Position numbers and translations under genes: made by a program. DNA of 64,000 nt from assembly GCA_002421805.1 (NCBI GenBank), contig DISM01000006.1, forward strand, positions 199,182 through 263,181, given 5' to 3'. The stretch is from Candidatus Omnitrophica bacterium UBA6210 (GTDB taxonomy: Bacteria > Omnitrophota > Gorgyraeia > Velamenicoccales > Velamenicoccaceae). How positions within the stretch are numbered: the first letter of the stretch is position 1; each line of letters begins with the position of its first letter. Of the stretch, positions 20,607-28,533 are shown in pieces. The notes below the pieces were generated by a model. It had not been told where the DNA came from. It did no database searches and worked only from the letters and a program-made list of their open reading frames with translations.

Positions 20607-21493
20607 ATATGGACAAGCATGTTGAGCTCTTTTTGGATTACCTGAGCGTCGAGCGAGGGTTATCGAAGAACACGATCCTGGCCTACCGCAGCGACCTCAA
20701 GGATTACACTGGTTTTCTGGAAGCTGTCGCAAAAAAAAGCGTCTCCGCTTCTTCCCGGGAGGATATCCGCGATTTCATGCTTCACCAGAAAGATAAGGGC
20801 CTTTCGGTGAATTCAATCTCGCGCGCCCTGGCCGCCCTGCGGATGTTCTATCGTTTCCTGGCGCGGGAGAAGTTGATCAAGAGCGATGTTTCCAGCTATA
20901 TCGATTCTCCGAAGCTCTGGAAGAAGATCCCCGACGTCCTGAATCTGGACGAGGTCGAACGCCTCATCGAAGCCCCGGACCTGAACTCGCCGCAAGGGAT
21001 TAGGGACCGGGCCATTCTGGAGGTGATGTATGCGACGGGGATGAGGGTTTCGGAGGTGGCCGGCCTTCGCGTGGCGGACCTCAACGCGGATGTCGGCTTC
21101 GTGCGCTGCCTGGGCAAGGGCAAAAAAGAGAGGATCGTCCCCCTGGGGACCAAGGCTGTGGCCGCTGTGGCGCGCTATCTGGAGAAGGTGAGGCCGCGGT
21201 TAGCGAAGAGCGGGGTCCAGGAACTTTTCCTCAACCGTTCCGGCAGGAAGATCTCCCGGGTGTCGCTCTGGAAACTGATCAAAGGGTATGCACGGAAAGC
21301 GCGCATCAAAAAGCCTATCCGGCCGCACATCCTCAGGCATTCATTCGCCACACACCTGTTGGAACGGGGGGCGGATCTGCGCTCCGTCCAGGAGATGCTG
21401 GGGCATGCGAATATTTCGACGACACAGATTTATACCCACATCAACAAGGACCGGCTGAGGTCGATCCACAAGATGTATCATCCGAGGGGATAG
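20603..21493 (+). CDS. xerD: site-specific tyrosine recombinase XerD (XerC/XerD family)
   Basis: N-terminal SAM-like domain (FLDYLSVERGLSKNTILAYRSDL). Catalytic R...HxLRH...Y residues (HILRHSFATHLL...TQIYTH). Confidence 0.85.
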   Translation: MNMDKHVELFLDYLSVERGLSKNTILAYRSDLKDYTGFLEAVAKKSVSASSREDIRDFMLHQKDKGLSVNSISRALAALRMFYRFLAREKLIKSDVSSYIDSPKLWKKIPDVLNLDEVERLIEAPDLNSPQGIRDRAILEVMYATGMRVSEVAGLRVADLNADVGFVRCLGKGKKERIVPLGTKAVAAVARYLEKVRPRLAKSGVQELFLNRSGRKISRVSLWKLIKGYARKARIKKPIRPHILRHSFATHLLERGADLRSVQEMLGHANISTTQIYTHINKDRLRSIHKMYHPRG

Positions 21494-21495
21494 GA

Positions 21496-21527
21496 TTAGT
21501 CTTAAGCTGTAAGTTTTAAGTTGTAGG
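21496..21527. repeat. heptamer-phased TAAG tract just after the xerD stop
   Basis: T[T/A]AG/TAGG at 21496, 21503, 21510, 21517 and 21524, in exact 7-nt phase. It shares the 10-mer agtcttaagc with 59241-59250. Confidence 0.6.
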
Positions 21528-21545
21528 TTAAAAAATGGGAAGAAC

Positions 21546-22823
21546 ATGTTGACCCAAAGGCTTAAAATGTTACCGGCTTCCATGGCCGAGTTCATTCGTC
21601 ACGCGGGGGTCCTGGCGGATGAGATGGGGTTTCAGGTCTATCTTGTCGGCGGTTTTGTCAGGGACCTTTTATTGGGTGTCGGTCATTTCGACATCGATCT
21701 TGTCGTCGAAGGGGACGGCATCCGTTTCGCCCAGGAGTGCGCCCGCCGGCTCTCTCTGAAGGTCGTGACGCACGGCCGTTTCGGGACGGCGACCCTGCAT
21801 GGCCCGGAGGGGTTCAAGGCGGACATCGCATCGGCAAGGAAAGAGGTCTATGAGAAACCTGCCGCCCTGCCGAGCGTTTCAAAAGGCGGGATCAAAGATG
21901 ACCTTTTTCGCCGCGATTTTACCATTAATGCCATGGCCATCGGTATCAATCGGCATTGTTACGGCGATGTCTTCGATTTTTACGGCGGCCGCAGGGACTT
22001 GGAGAAAAAAGTGATCCGCGCCCTGCATCCGTTGAGCTTTATCGATGATCCGACGAGGATCCTGCGGGCCGTGCGTTTTGAGAAGAGACTTTCATTTCGT
22101 CTGGAACCCCGGACGCTTCTGTGGATCCGCGAAGCCCTGGCTCGCCGCATGCTGTTTTCTGTCCAGAAGCACCGCCTGCGCGATGAGCTGGTCCTGATCT
22201 TCAAAGAGCGCCGGCCGGTGCCTGTCCTTAAACGGCTTTGGGAGCTTTGCGGATATTCTTTTATATCGCCCGGGTTGGTGTATCGCGACGGCTGGAACAC
22301 GGCGCACACAAAGATACAGGGGGCGGCGCGCTGGTTCGCTGCGCACGCGATCCATAAAAGATGCCTTGATACCTACGTGATGTTGATGTGTCTTTTCTTC
22401 GATGGGTTGGCGATGATGCGCCTCAAAGAGACGATGCTGGCGTTCGCTTTCCATAAGGGCGAGAGCCGCAGGATCCTGTCATACAGGAAGAATGCCCTTA
22501 TTTTGGAGCGCCGGCTGGCGAAGCAGGATTTAAGGCCGAGCGGGGTTTATCGTCTCCTGGAGCCGCTGGCCTATGAGGTTGTTGTTCTGGTCTATGCCTT
22601 GAGCACGAAGAAACGGGTCAAAGAACGGGTCCGGGATTATCTTCTTATCCATCACGGCACGCGGCTGCACGTGCGCGGGGAAGACTTGGCGCTCTTGGGG
22701 TCCAGGCCGGGGCCGCATTTCAAGAAGATCCTGACAGCCCTTCTTTATGCGAAGGTGGACGGCAAGCTTGAAGGTAAGGACGAGGAGCTCGCCTTGGCCA
22801 GGAAGATGATGGCGCGTTCATGA
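21546..22823 (+). CDS. CCA-adding enzyme / poly(A) polymerase-family tRNA nucleotidyltransferase
   Basis: Head-domain motif VYLVGGFVRDLLLG...DIDLVV and RRDFTINAMA. Confidence 0.8.
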   Translation: MLTQRLKMLPASMAEFIRHAGVLADEMGFQVYLVGGFVRDLLLGVGHFDIDLVVEGDGIRFAQECARRLSLKVVTHGRFGTATLHGPEGFKADIASARKEVYEKPAALPSVSKGGIKDDLFRRDFTINAMAIGINRHCYGDVFDFYGGRRDLEKKVIRALHPLSFIDDPTRILRAVRFEKRLSFRLEPRTLLWIREALARRMLFSVQKHRLRDELVLIFKERRPVPVLKRLWELCGYSFISPGLVYRDGWNTAHTKIQGAARWFAAHAIHKRCLDTYVMLMCLFFDGLAMMRLKETMLAFAFHKGESRRILSYRKNALILERRLAKQDLRPSGVYRLLEPLAYEVVVLVYALSTKKRVKERVRDYLLIHHGTRLHVRGEDLALLGSRPGPHFKKILTALLYAKVDGKLEGKDEELALARKMMARS

Positions 22824-22949
22824 TCGCCGGGCTCTTGGCCGTGTCTTTGAACATCCCGGCCCGCCGGACGCAGTCTTGGCGAATGTCGCGACCTGCTGCG
22901 AGCGGTCCCATGAATGTTTAATTTTCAACCATGAAACGGAGCTTTTGAT

Positions 22950-23366
22950 ATGAGCAGAAAAGACAAAGTGGCCGGGGAGATCAAGAAGGTCGTCAGCACG
23001 ACGATCCAGGAAAAGATACGCGATCCTCGCCTGGGATTCACCACGATCACGCGCGTCGAGATGACGCCCGACCTGAGGTTCGCGCGCATTTATTTCAGCG
23101 TCTATGGCAGTCCGGAGCAGTGGGAGGAGACCCTCAAAGGCCTTGAACATGCCAGCGGTTATATCCGCCACACCCTTGGGCAGGAATTGAACCTGAGGTT
23201 TGTGCCGGAGATCGCCTTCAAGGCCGATCACTCTTCGGAATACAGCATCATGATCGAGCAGCAGCTGCAGGAGATCAAACAACTGGAACAGGGGACCACC
23301 CAACCAAGGAAAAAAACCCGTGCCTCCAAAAAAACTCGTCGCAGAACTAAAGAAAAAAAATCATAA
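22950..23366 (+). CDS. rbfA: ribosome-binding factor A
   Basis: RbfA core (DPRLGFTTITRVEMTPDLRFARIYFSV) with a basic C-terminal tail. Confidence 0.9.
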   Translation: MSRKDKVAGEIKKVVSTTIQEKIRDPRLGFTTITRVEMTPDLRFARIYFSVYGSPEQWEETLKGLEHASGYIRHTLGQELNLRFVPEIAFKADHSSEYSIMIEQQLQEIKQLEQGTTQPRKKTRASKKTRRRTKEKKS

Positions 23367-24285
23367 GGTCTTTGTCGTCTCTGCCCATATCCACCTGGAG
23401 GGGGATGCCTTGGGGTCCGAACTTGCCGTCGCCAGCCTCTTGCGGCGGATGGGCAAGACGGTCTATTGTGTCAATGACGACCAGGTCCCAGCCGAATATC
23501 TTTTTTTGCCGGGCATCAAAACGATCAGGCGCGGGGCCGTTTTTCCCGCCTATGATGCGGCGGTCCTTGTGGATTGTTCCGATGCGTCGCGCATCGGAAA
23601 GCTCTCGAAGTCGCTCCGGCCGGACAAGCCGCTCATCAATATCGACCACCATATCAGTAACACCCGTTTCGGGACTTTGAACTGGGTGGAGCCGAAGGCG
23701 TCGTGCGCCTCGGAAATGGTCTACCAGCTTTTTGAGGCGCTGAGCATGCCTTTGAATAAGCAGGAGGCGGTACTGCTTTACACGGGCATCCTTGCCGATA
23801 CGGGGTCTTTCCGTTACGCATCCACATCTTCAGTCACCCACCGGGTGGCCGCCCACCTTTTGGAATTCGGAGTGAATGTTTACAATATTTACCAGCGCCT
23901 CTACGAGGATTTTTCTTATGAGACCGTCAAGGCCTTGGCCGGGGTCGTGCGCGGGATGCGCCGCGACAAGACCGGCAAGGTCGCCTGGGTCCAGGTGCCG
24001 GCCGCCCTCGGCAAAAAATATCCCGTGCTTTCAGAACAGACGGACGAAATCATCCGTTTCGCGCGGGCCGTCGCCGGCGTCGAGGTGGCCCTGCTTTTCA
24101 AGGAGATCAGGCGAGGCAGGGAGGTGCGCGTGAATTTTCGTTCACGGGGGCGTGTGGATGTCAATGCCCTGGCGCATGGTTTTGGCGGCGGCGGCCACAG
24201 GATGGCCAGCGGCTGCACGTTGAAAGGCACCCTCAAAGGCGTCATCGCCAAGGTTGTCGCCGCGACAGCCAGGCGGTGCTCATGA
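23320..24285 (+). CDS. nrnA: DHH/DHHA1 phosphoesterase (NrnA-type oligoribonuclease / pAp phosphatase)
   Basis: Motifs H...GDALGS, IDHH and GGGH. The start is uncertain because the ORF overlaps the rbfA tail. Confidence 0.8.
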   Translation: MPPKKLVAELKKKNHKVFVVSAHIHLEGDALGSELAVASLLRRMGKTVYCVNDDQVPAEYLFLPGIKTIRRGAVFPAYDAAVLVDCSDASRIGKLSKSLRPDKPLINIDHHISNTRFGTLNWVEPKASCASEMVYQLFEALSMPLNKQEAVLLYTGILADTGSFRYASTSSVTHRVAAHLLEFGVNVYNIYQRLYEDFSYETVKALAGVVRGMRRDKTGKVAWVQVPAALGKKYPVLSEQTDEIIRFARAVAGVEVALLFKEIRRGREVRVNFRSRGRVDVNALAHGFGGGGHRMASGCTLKGTLKGVIAKVVAATARRCS

Positions 24286-24977
24286 AGAACGGCATCCTCG
24301 TCGTGGACAAGCCGTCGGGTGTGACGTCGCATGATGTCGTCGATATGGTGCGCCACAAGCTCAACATCAAGCGTGTAGGCCACAGCGGGACCCTGGATCC
24401 CGTCGCGACGGGCGTCCTTGTGATCCTTGTCGGCAGCGCCACAAAACTTTTTTCAAAGTTCGTCCATTTCGACAAGGCTTATGAAGCGACGCTGCATCTG
24501 GGCGAGGTGACGTCGACGGGAGACGCCGAGGGGCGGCTCTTGTCCCAGAAAGACCCTTCGCATATCACCGAGGGCGAGGTCCGACGGGTGTTCGCATCAT
24601 TTATCGGCGAACGCCTGCAGGTGCCGCCCATGGTTTCCGCGATCAAGCACAAGGGCCGCAGGCTTTATGAGCTGGCGCGCAAAGGCATCGAGGTCGAGCG
24701 CAAGGCCAGGCCGATCCATATCTACGATCTCCAGATCGTCCGGATGGAGCTGCCGGATATCGATTTTTTCGTCAAGTGTTCCAAGGGGACCTATGTCAGG
24801 CGCCTGGGAGAGGAGATTGGCGAAGTCCTGGGCGTTGGGGGCGTGATTTCGCGGATCCGCCGTGTGGCCCTCGGCCCTTTTCACATTCAGGATGCGATCA
24901 CAACAGGGGAAATCCATGAGGACCGTTTACGGGATTGGCCCGCGCTCCAGACAGGCAGCAGCGCCTCTGCGCGATAA
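24276..24977 (+). CDS. truB: tRNA pseudouridine(55) synthase
   Basis: GILVVDKPSGVTSHDVV...GHSGTLDP catalytic Asp motif. Confidence 0.93.
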   Translation: MLMKNGILVVDKPSGVTSHDVVDMVRHKLNIKRVGHSGTLDPVATGVLVILVGSATKLFSKFVHFDKAYEATLHLGEVTSTGDAEGRLLSQKDPSHITEGEVRRVFASFIGERLQVPPMVSAIKHKGRRLYELARKGIEVERKARPIHIYDLQIVRMELPDIDFFVKCSKGTYVRRLGEEIGEVLGVGGVISRIRRVALGPFHIQDAITTGEIHEDRLRDWPALQTGSSASAR

Positions 24978-25884
24978 GGTTCTTACCGTCGGTGTCTTCG
25001 ATGGCGTCCATCGCGGGCACCAGTATATCCTGGGCCGGGTTGTTGCCGAGGCGCGCGCCCGGGGCCTGAAAAGTGCGGTCGTGACATTTTCATTTCATCC
25101 TTCCCACCTGGTGCGGCGCCACGAAAAAACACCCCACCTGATGTCCCTGCGGCATAAACTGCACTACCTGGCAGAGGCCGGCGTCGACATTTGCTATGTG
25201 CTGGATTTTAACAGGTCTCTGGCCGGTATGTCCCCCGAGGATTTTCTGGCAAGGGTCCTGATCGGTCGCATGGGAATGGTCTCGCTCTATGTGGGCGAGG
25301 ATTTTGTTTTCGGCAGGGGCGCTCGAGGCAGCGTCAATGATCTCAGGCGTTTTTGCCGAAGCATGGATTTTTCTCTTCATGTGATACGGCCGCGCAGGAT
25401 TTCCGGAGAAGTCGTCAGCAGCACCTCTATCCGTTCCCAAATCCGCCGGGGGGACCTTGCCGGGGCACAAAGGTTTCTCGGCCGCCCCGTCGCTTTGCTG
25501 GGGCGCGTGATCAGGGGGGAGGGCCGCGGCCGCCTCCTCGGTTTTCCGACGGCAAATATCCTGGCGGAACACGAAGTCCTCGTTCCCGACGGGATTTATG
25601 CCGCGTGGGCCTTGTGCGCCGGCCGCGCCCATCCTGCGGCCGTCTATCTGGGAACGAAGCCTACGTTTGATACGGGAGACAAGCGCCACATCGAAGCGTT
25701 TCTGATCGGGGCCCGGCGAAACGTTTACGGAAAAATGATGGAGGTCCGTTTCGTGCGCAGGGTCCGCTCTGACCGCAGGTTCCCTGATGCCCGCGGGCTC
25801 ATCAGCCAGATCAGAACAGATATTCAGAAAGTCAGAAGCATTCTTTCCTCGAGATCCCGACCTCGGATGTTCGCCTCGTTCTAA
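24916..25884 (+). CDS. ribF: bifunctional riboflavin kinase / FAD synthetase
   Basis: GVFDGVHRGH motif and the kinase half (GRLLGFPTAN). The start is set at the Met preceded by the AGGGGA RBS. Confidence 0.9.
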   Translation: MRTVYGIGPRSRQAAAPLRDKVLTVGVFDGVHRGHQYILGRVVAEARARGLKSAVVTFSFHPSHLVRRHEKTPHLMSLRHKLHYLAEAGVDICYVLDFNRSLAGMSPEDFLARVLIGRMGMVSLYVGEDFVFGRGARGSVNDLRRFCRSMDFSLHVIRPRRISGEVVSSTSIRSQIRRGDLAGAQRFLGRPVALLGRVIRGEGRGRLLGFPTANILAEHEVLVPDGIYAAWALCAGRAHPAAVYLGTKPTFDTGDKRHIEAFLIGARRNVYGKMMEVRFVRRVRSDRRFPDARGLISQIRTDIQKVRSILSSRSRPRMFASF

Positions 25885-26067
25885 AGACGTCTTTTTTCAA
25901 AACGACCCGTTTATCCACAACGGCATTCCCTTTATCCTGCAGCCAGAAGATCTGCGTGGTGCCGACACATACCGCCCCGGTTTTCAGACAAAATTCCGCC
26001 TTAGAGCGACTCCGCCCTCAACACCTTGCCGCATAATAACTTTGTAAAAAATTATATTGAATATTTC

Positions 26068-26096
26068 TTGACAAAGTGGGGGATTTTTTCTATACT
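26068..26096 (+). promoter_or_regulatory. sigma70-type promoter of the dcw cluster (Pmra-like)
   Basis: TTGACA (26068-26073), 17-nt spacer, TATACT (26091-26096). It lies 122 nt upstream of mraZ. Confidence 0.65.
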
Positions 26097-26106
26097 TTGG
26101 TTACAA

Positions 26107-26131
26107 GTGGAGGAGAGTGGAGGGAAGTGGT
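26107..26131 (+). promoter_or_regulatory. three 10-nt-phased GTGGN boxes (candidate MraZ operator)
   Basis: GTGGA at 26107, GTGGA at 26117 and GTGGT at 26127. A GTGGG also lies in the promoter spacer at 26076. Confidence 0.5.
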
Positions 26132-26217
26132 AAATATCCCTTGGCACTTCCTCCGTGCTGTTTTTGCGCATGCGCGTTCGCATGCGGCGTGTCTAGAGAA
26201 CCAACACAAGGTGCATT

Positions 26218-26658
26218 ATGTTTTACGGCGAATACGCTCATGGGATCGATAACAAGGGGCGGCTGATCCTTCCGTCGCGCATCCGCGAGGTGGCGAAGGC
26301 GCACTTCGTCGAGAAATTCTATCTGACACGCGGCCTCGATAAATGTCTGTTCATGTTTTCCGAAGAAGAGTGGCGTTCGGCCGAGACCAAGTTTAAGGCG
26401 TTGCCCTTTACGCGCCAGGATTCCAGAAAGTTCAACCGTCTGTACTTTTCCGGGGCGGTTGAGGTCGTTCCCGACAAGCAGGGAAGGATCCTCATCCCCG
26501 GTTATCTCAAAGATTTCGCCGGCATCAAGAAAGATGTTGTGATCATCGGTGTCTCCAGCCGCGTCGAGATCTGGGCGAAAGAATCGTGGCACGAGTTTTA
26601 TCAGGCGAACCTGGATTCTTTTGAAGAGACTGCGGAGAAGTTGATCGAGAACCAGTAG
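26218..26658 (+). CDS. mraZ: transcriptional regulator MraZ
   Basis: MFYGEY...DNKGRLILPSR, with a second DKQGRILIP repeat (duplicated SpoVT/AbrB-like fold). Confidence 0.95.
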   Translation: MFYGEYAHGIDNKGRLILPSRIREVAKAHFVEKFYLTRGLDKCLFMFSEEEWRSAETKFKALPFTRQDSRKFNRLYFSGAVEVVPDKQGRILIPGYLKDFAGIKKDVVIIGVSSRVEIWAKESWHEFYQANLDSFEETAEKLIENQ

Positions 26659-26675
26659 GATTATCACGAAAGGGC

Positions 26676-27044
26676 GTGACGATGAAGACGCAAACCATGG
26701 TTTCCCGTATGGAAGCAGCTGCCAACAGCGACAACAGGATCTTTTACCGTAATCCCCTGTTTAACGTCAAGACTCATGTCAAGAACGTCAATACCGGCGA
26801 GAGGCTTGAGGCGTTTGTCAAAGATGTCAGCGGTTCGGGGATGGGGCTTTCGACCTCCCGCGTTTTTCTTCCCGGGACGATCTTCGAGATCGCGCTTGAA
26901 ATCCCCGATGGTTTCGGTCCTTTGAAACTCCTGGGCCGCGTCGTCTGGTCCAGGGAGATGGATACCCTGGGCTGCAGGACGGGTGTCGTTGTGCTGAACC
27001 CAAGGTTTATGTCTGTATCGCGGATCCTTAAATTGTTTTTTTAA
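26676..27044 (+). CDS. PilZ-domain protein (single domain)
   Basis: RxxxR (RIFYR) and DxSxxG (DVSGSG) motifs about 25 aa apart, with a beta-rich remainder. The start could be 26676 (GTG) or 26682 (ATG). Confidence 0.75.
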   Translation: MTMKTQTMVSRMEAAANSDNRIFYRNPLFNVKTHVKNVNTGERLEAFVKDVSGSGMGLSTSRVFLPGTIFEIALEIPDGFGPLKLLGRVVWSREMDTLGCRTGVVVLNPRFMSVSRILKLFF

Positions 27045-27140
27045 TTCGTATCATGGAGAGACCTCATGATGTGGTCTCGTCGCAGCGGATGTGTCGGCGT
27101 GCTAGAGAGAGAAACTCGTCCAGAAGGAGGCAATGAAGCC

Positions 27141-28037
27141 ATGCAGGATTCGCTTCATAAGCCGGTGATGGAAGAAGAGGTCCTGAGGTTTATTCATCCT
27201 CAAGACGGCATGGTCATTGTGGATGCCACCCTCGGCCTGGGAGGACACGCCTCCGCCATCGCCGCGCACCTGGCGCCTGCCGGCCGGCTGATCATGATCG
27301 ATAAGGATGAGGAATCCATTGCTGCGGCCAAAGAACGTCTCCAAAAAAGTCACGCGCACTGCGATTTCGCTCACGACGACTTCCGTCATCTCGACCGGAT
27401 CCTGGACCGGCTCGGCATCGAAGGGGCTGATGCGTTTTTGTTCGATCTTGGTATTTCGTCTTTTCAGCTGGATAACCCCGTGAGGGGTTTCAGCATCAGG
27501 GCCGAAGGCCCTTTGGATATGCGCATGGACCGCAGCGGGTTCATCTCGGCGTATGACCTTTTGAACAATCTGACGGAAGAGGAGATCGCCTCCATCCTTT
27601 GGAAGTTCGGACAGGAGAGATTCTCCCGCAGGATCGCCCGCAGCATCGTCAGGGCCAGGCATAGCGGGCCCATCACATCGACAAAAGAACTGGCGGATGC
27701 CGTCCTGCGCGCCTTGCCGTATAAATCACGTTTTCAGCGTATTCATCCGGCCACACGCACCTTTCAGGCCCTGCGGATCGCCGTCAACAGGGAATTGGAT
27801 TCTTTGGATGAGGCCCTCAAGAAAGCGGCGCTTTACCTTAACAAGGGCGGCCGTATTTGCGTCATTGCGTTCCATTCCCTTGAGGACAGGATCGTCAAAG
27901 AGAATTTTCGCGAATTGAGCAGGACGGAGCGGTTCCGTCCGGTATTCAAAAAGATCATGCGCCCGACTCCGGAGGAGATCGGCCGCAATCCGCGCAGCCG
28001 CAGCGCAAAGATGAGAGTTATCGAAAGGGTCAAATGA
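27141..28037 (+). CDS. rsmH: 16S rRNA (cytosine1402-N4)-methyltransferase
   Basis: HKPVM..EV...DATLGLGGH motif. The start is set at the Met that follows the GAAGGAGG RBS. The ORF-track start is 27066. Confidence 0.93.
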   Translation: MQDSLHKPVMEEEVLRFIHPQDGMVIVDATLGLGGHASAIAAHLAPAGRLIMIDKDEESIAAAKERLQKSHAHCDFAHDDFRHLDRILDRLGIEGADAFLFDLGISSFQLDNPVRGFSIRAEGPLDMRMDRSGFISAYDLLNNLTEEEIASILWKFGQERFSRRIARSIVRARHSGPITSTKELADAVLRALPYKSRFQRIHPATRTFQALRIAVNRELDSLDEALKKAALYLNKGGRICVIAFHSLEDRIVKENFRELSRTERFRPVFKKIMRPTPEEIGRNPRSRSAKMRVIERVK

Positions 28038-28059
28038 AGCACGCCGTGGCCACGGCGGC

Positions 28060-28473
28060 ATGCTTCAACGGAGAGACATGAGAACATCACGCTGCATCCT
28101 TTATACCGCCGTCGTCACGGTCTTGAGCCTTTTTTATGTTTTTCAGCAGACGGAGATCGTCAAGCTGGGGTATAAGATCACGCGCGCCGAAAATGTCCTG
28201 GAGTCGATGCGGGACCGCCGGACATCCCTGGAATTCACGCTCACGAGCCTTGAGTCGCCCCTGAACCTGGACAAGAATCTCTTGATGAACACTAATAATC
28301 AATACGAGATGGCGCAGAGCTTTAAGTTGGTCAAAGTGACGCCCCCCAGGGCGGAGGGGATGCGGGTCGCCGCCGGGACAAAAGGGGGATTTGCGCCGTT
28401 GTCTTTCCTGAGGCGGCTGGCCAGGCAGAGCATATTCGCACCCAGCCAGGCCGAAGCCAAGACGGTTAAGTGA
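28060..28473 (+). CDS. ftsL: FtsL-like cell division protein
   Basis: Small bitopic protein with one TM (ILYTAVVTVLSLFYVF) and then a coiled-coil-like segment. It occupies the canonical position between rsmH and ftsI. Confidence 0.55.
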   Translation: MLQRRDMRTSRCILYTAVVTVLSLFYVFQQTEIVKLGYKITRAENVLESMRDRRTSLEFTLTSLESPLNLDKNLLMNTNNQYEMAQSFKLVKVTPPRAEGMRVAAGTKGGFAPLSFLRRLARQSIFAPSQAEAKTVK

Positions 28474-28533
28474 TCCCGGGTTTCTTTATTATCAAAATCA
28501 CCAAGCCTTTCAACCCATTACCATTGACAGTAA

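Noticed and set aside
20603-21493. The tyrosine recombinase as a sign of an integrated mobile element
   Set aside because: The sequence and length fit chromosomal XerD. It is translationally coupled to housekeeping neighbours. There are no att-like repeats, phage genes or transposon genes around it.
25882-25900. The palindrome aaagacgtctttttt after ribF as an intrinsic terminator
   Set aside because: The stem is a perfect palindrome with no loop and only about 5-6 AT-rich pairs. That is too weak to call.
26142-26160. Sigma-54-like TGGCAC in the mraZ leader
   Set aside because: The downstream element reads ccgtgc rather than TTGC at the required spacing, and there is no enhancer-binding protein context.
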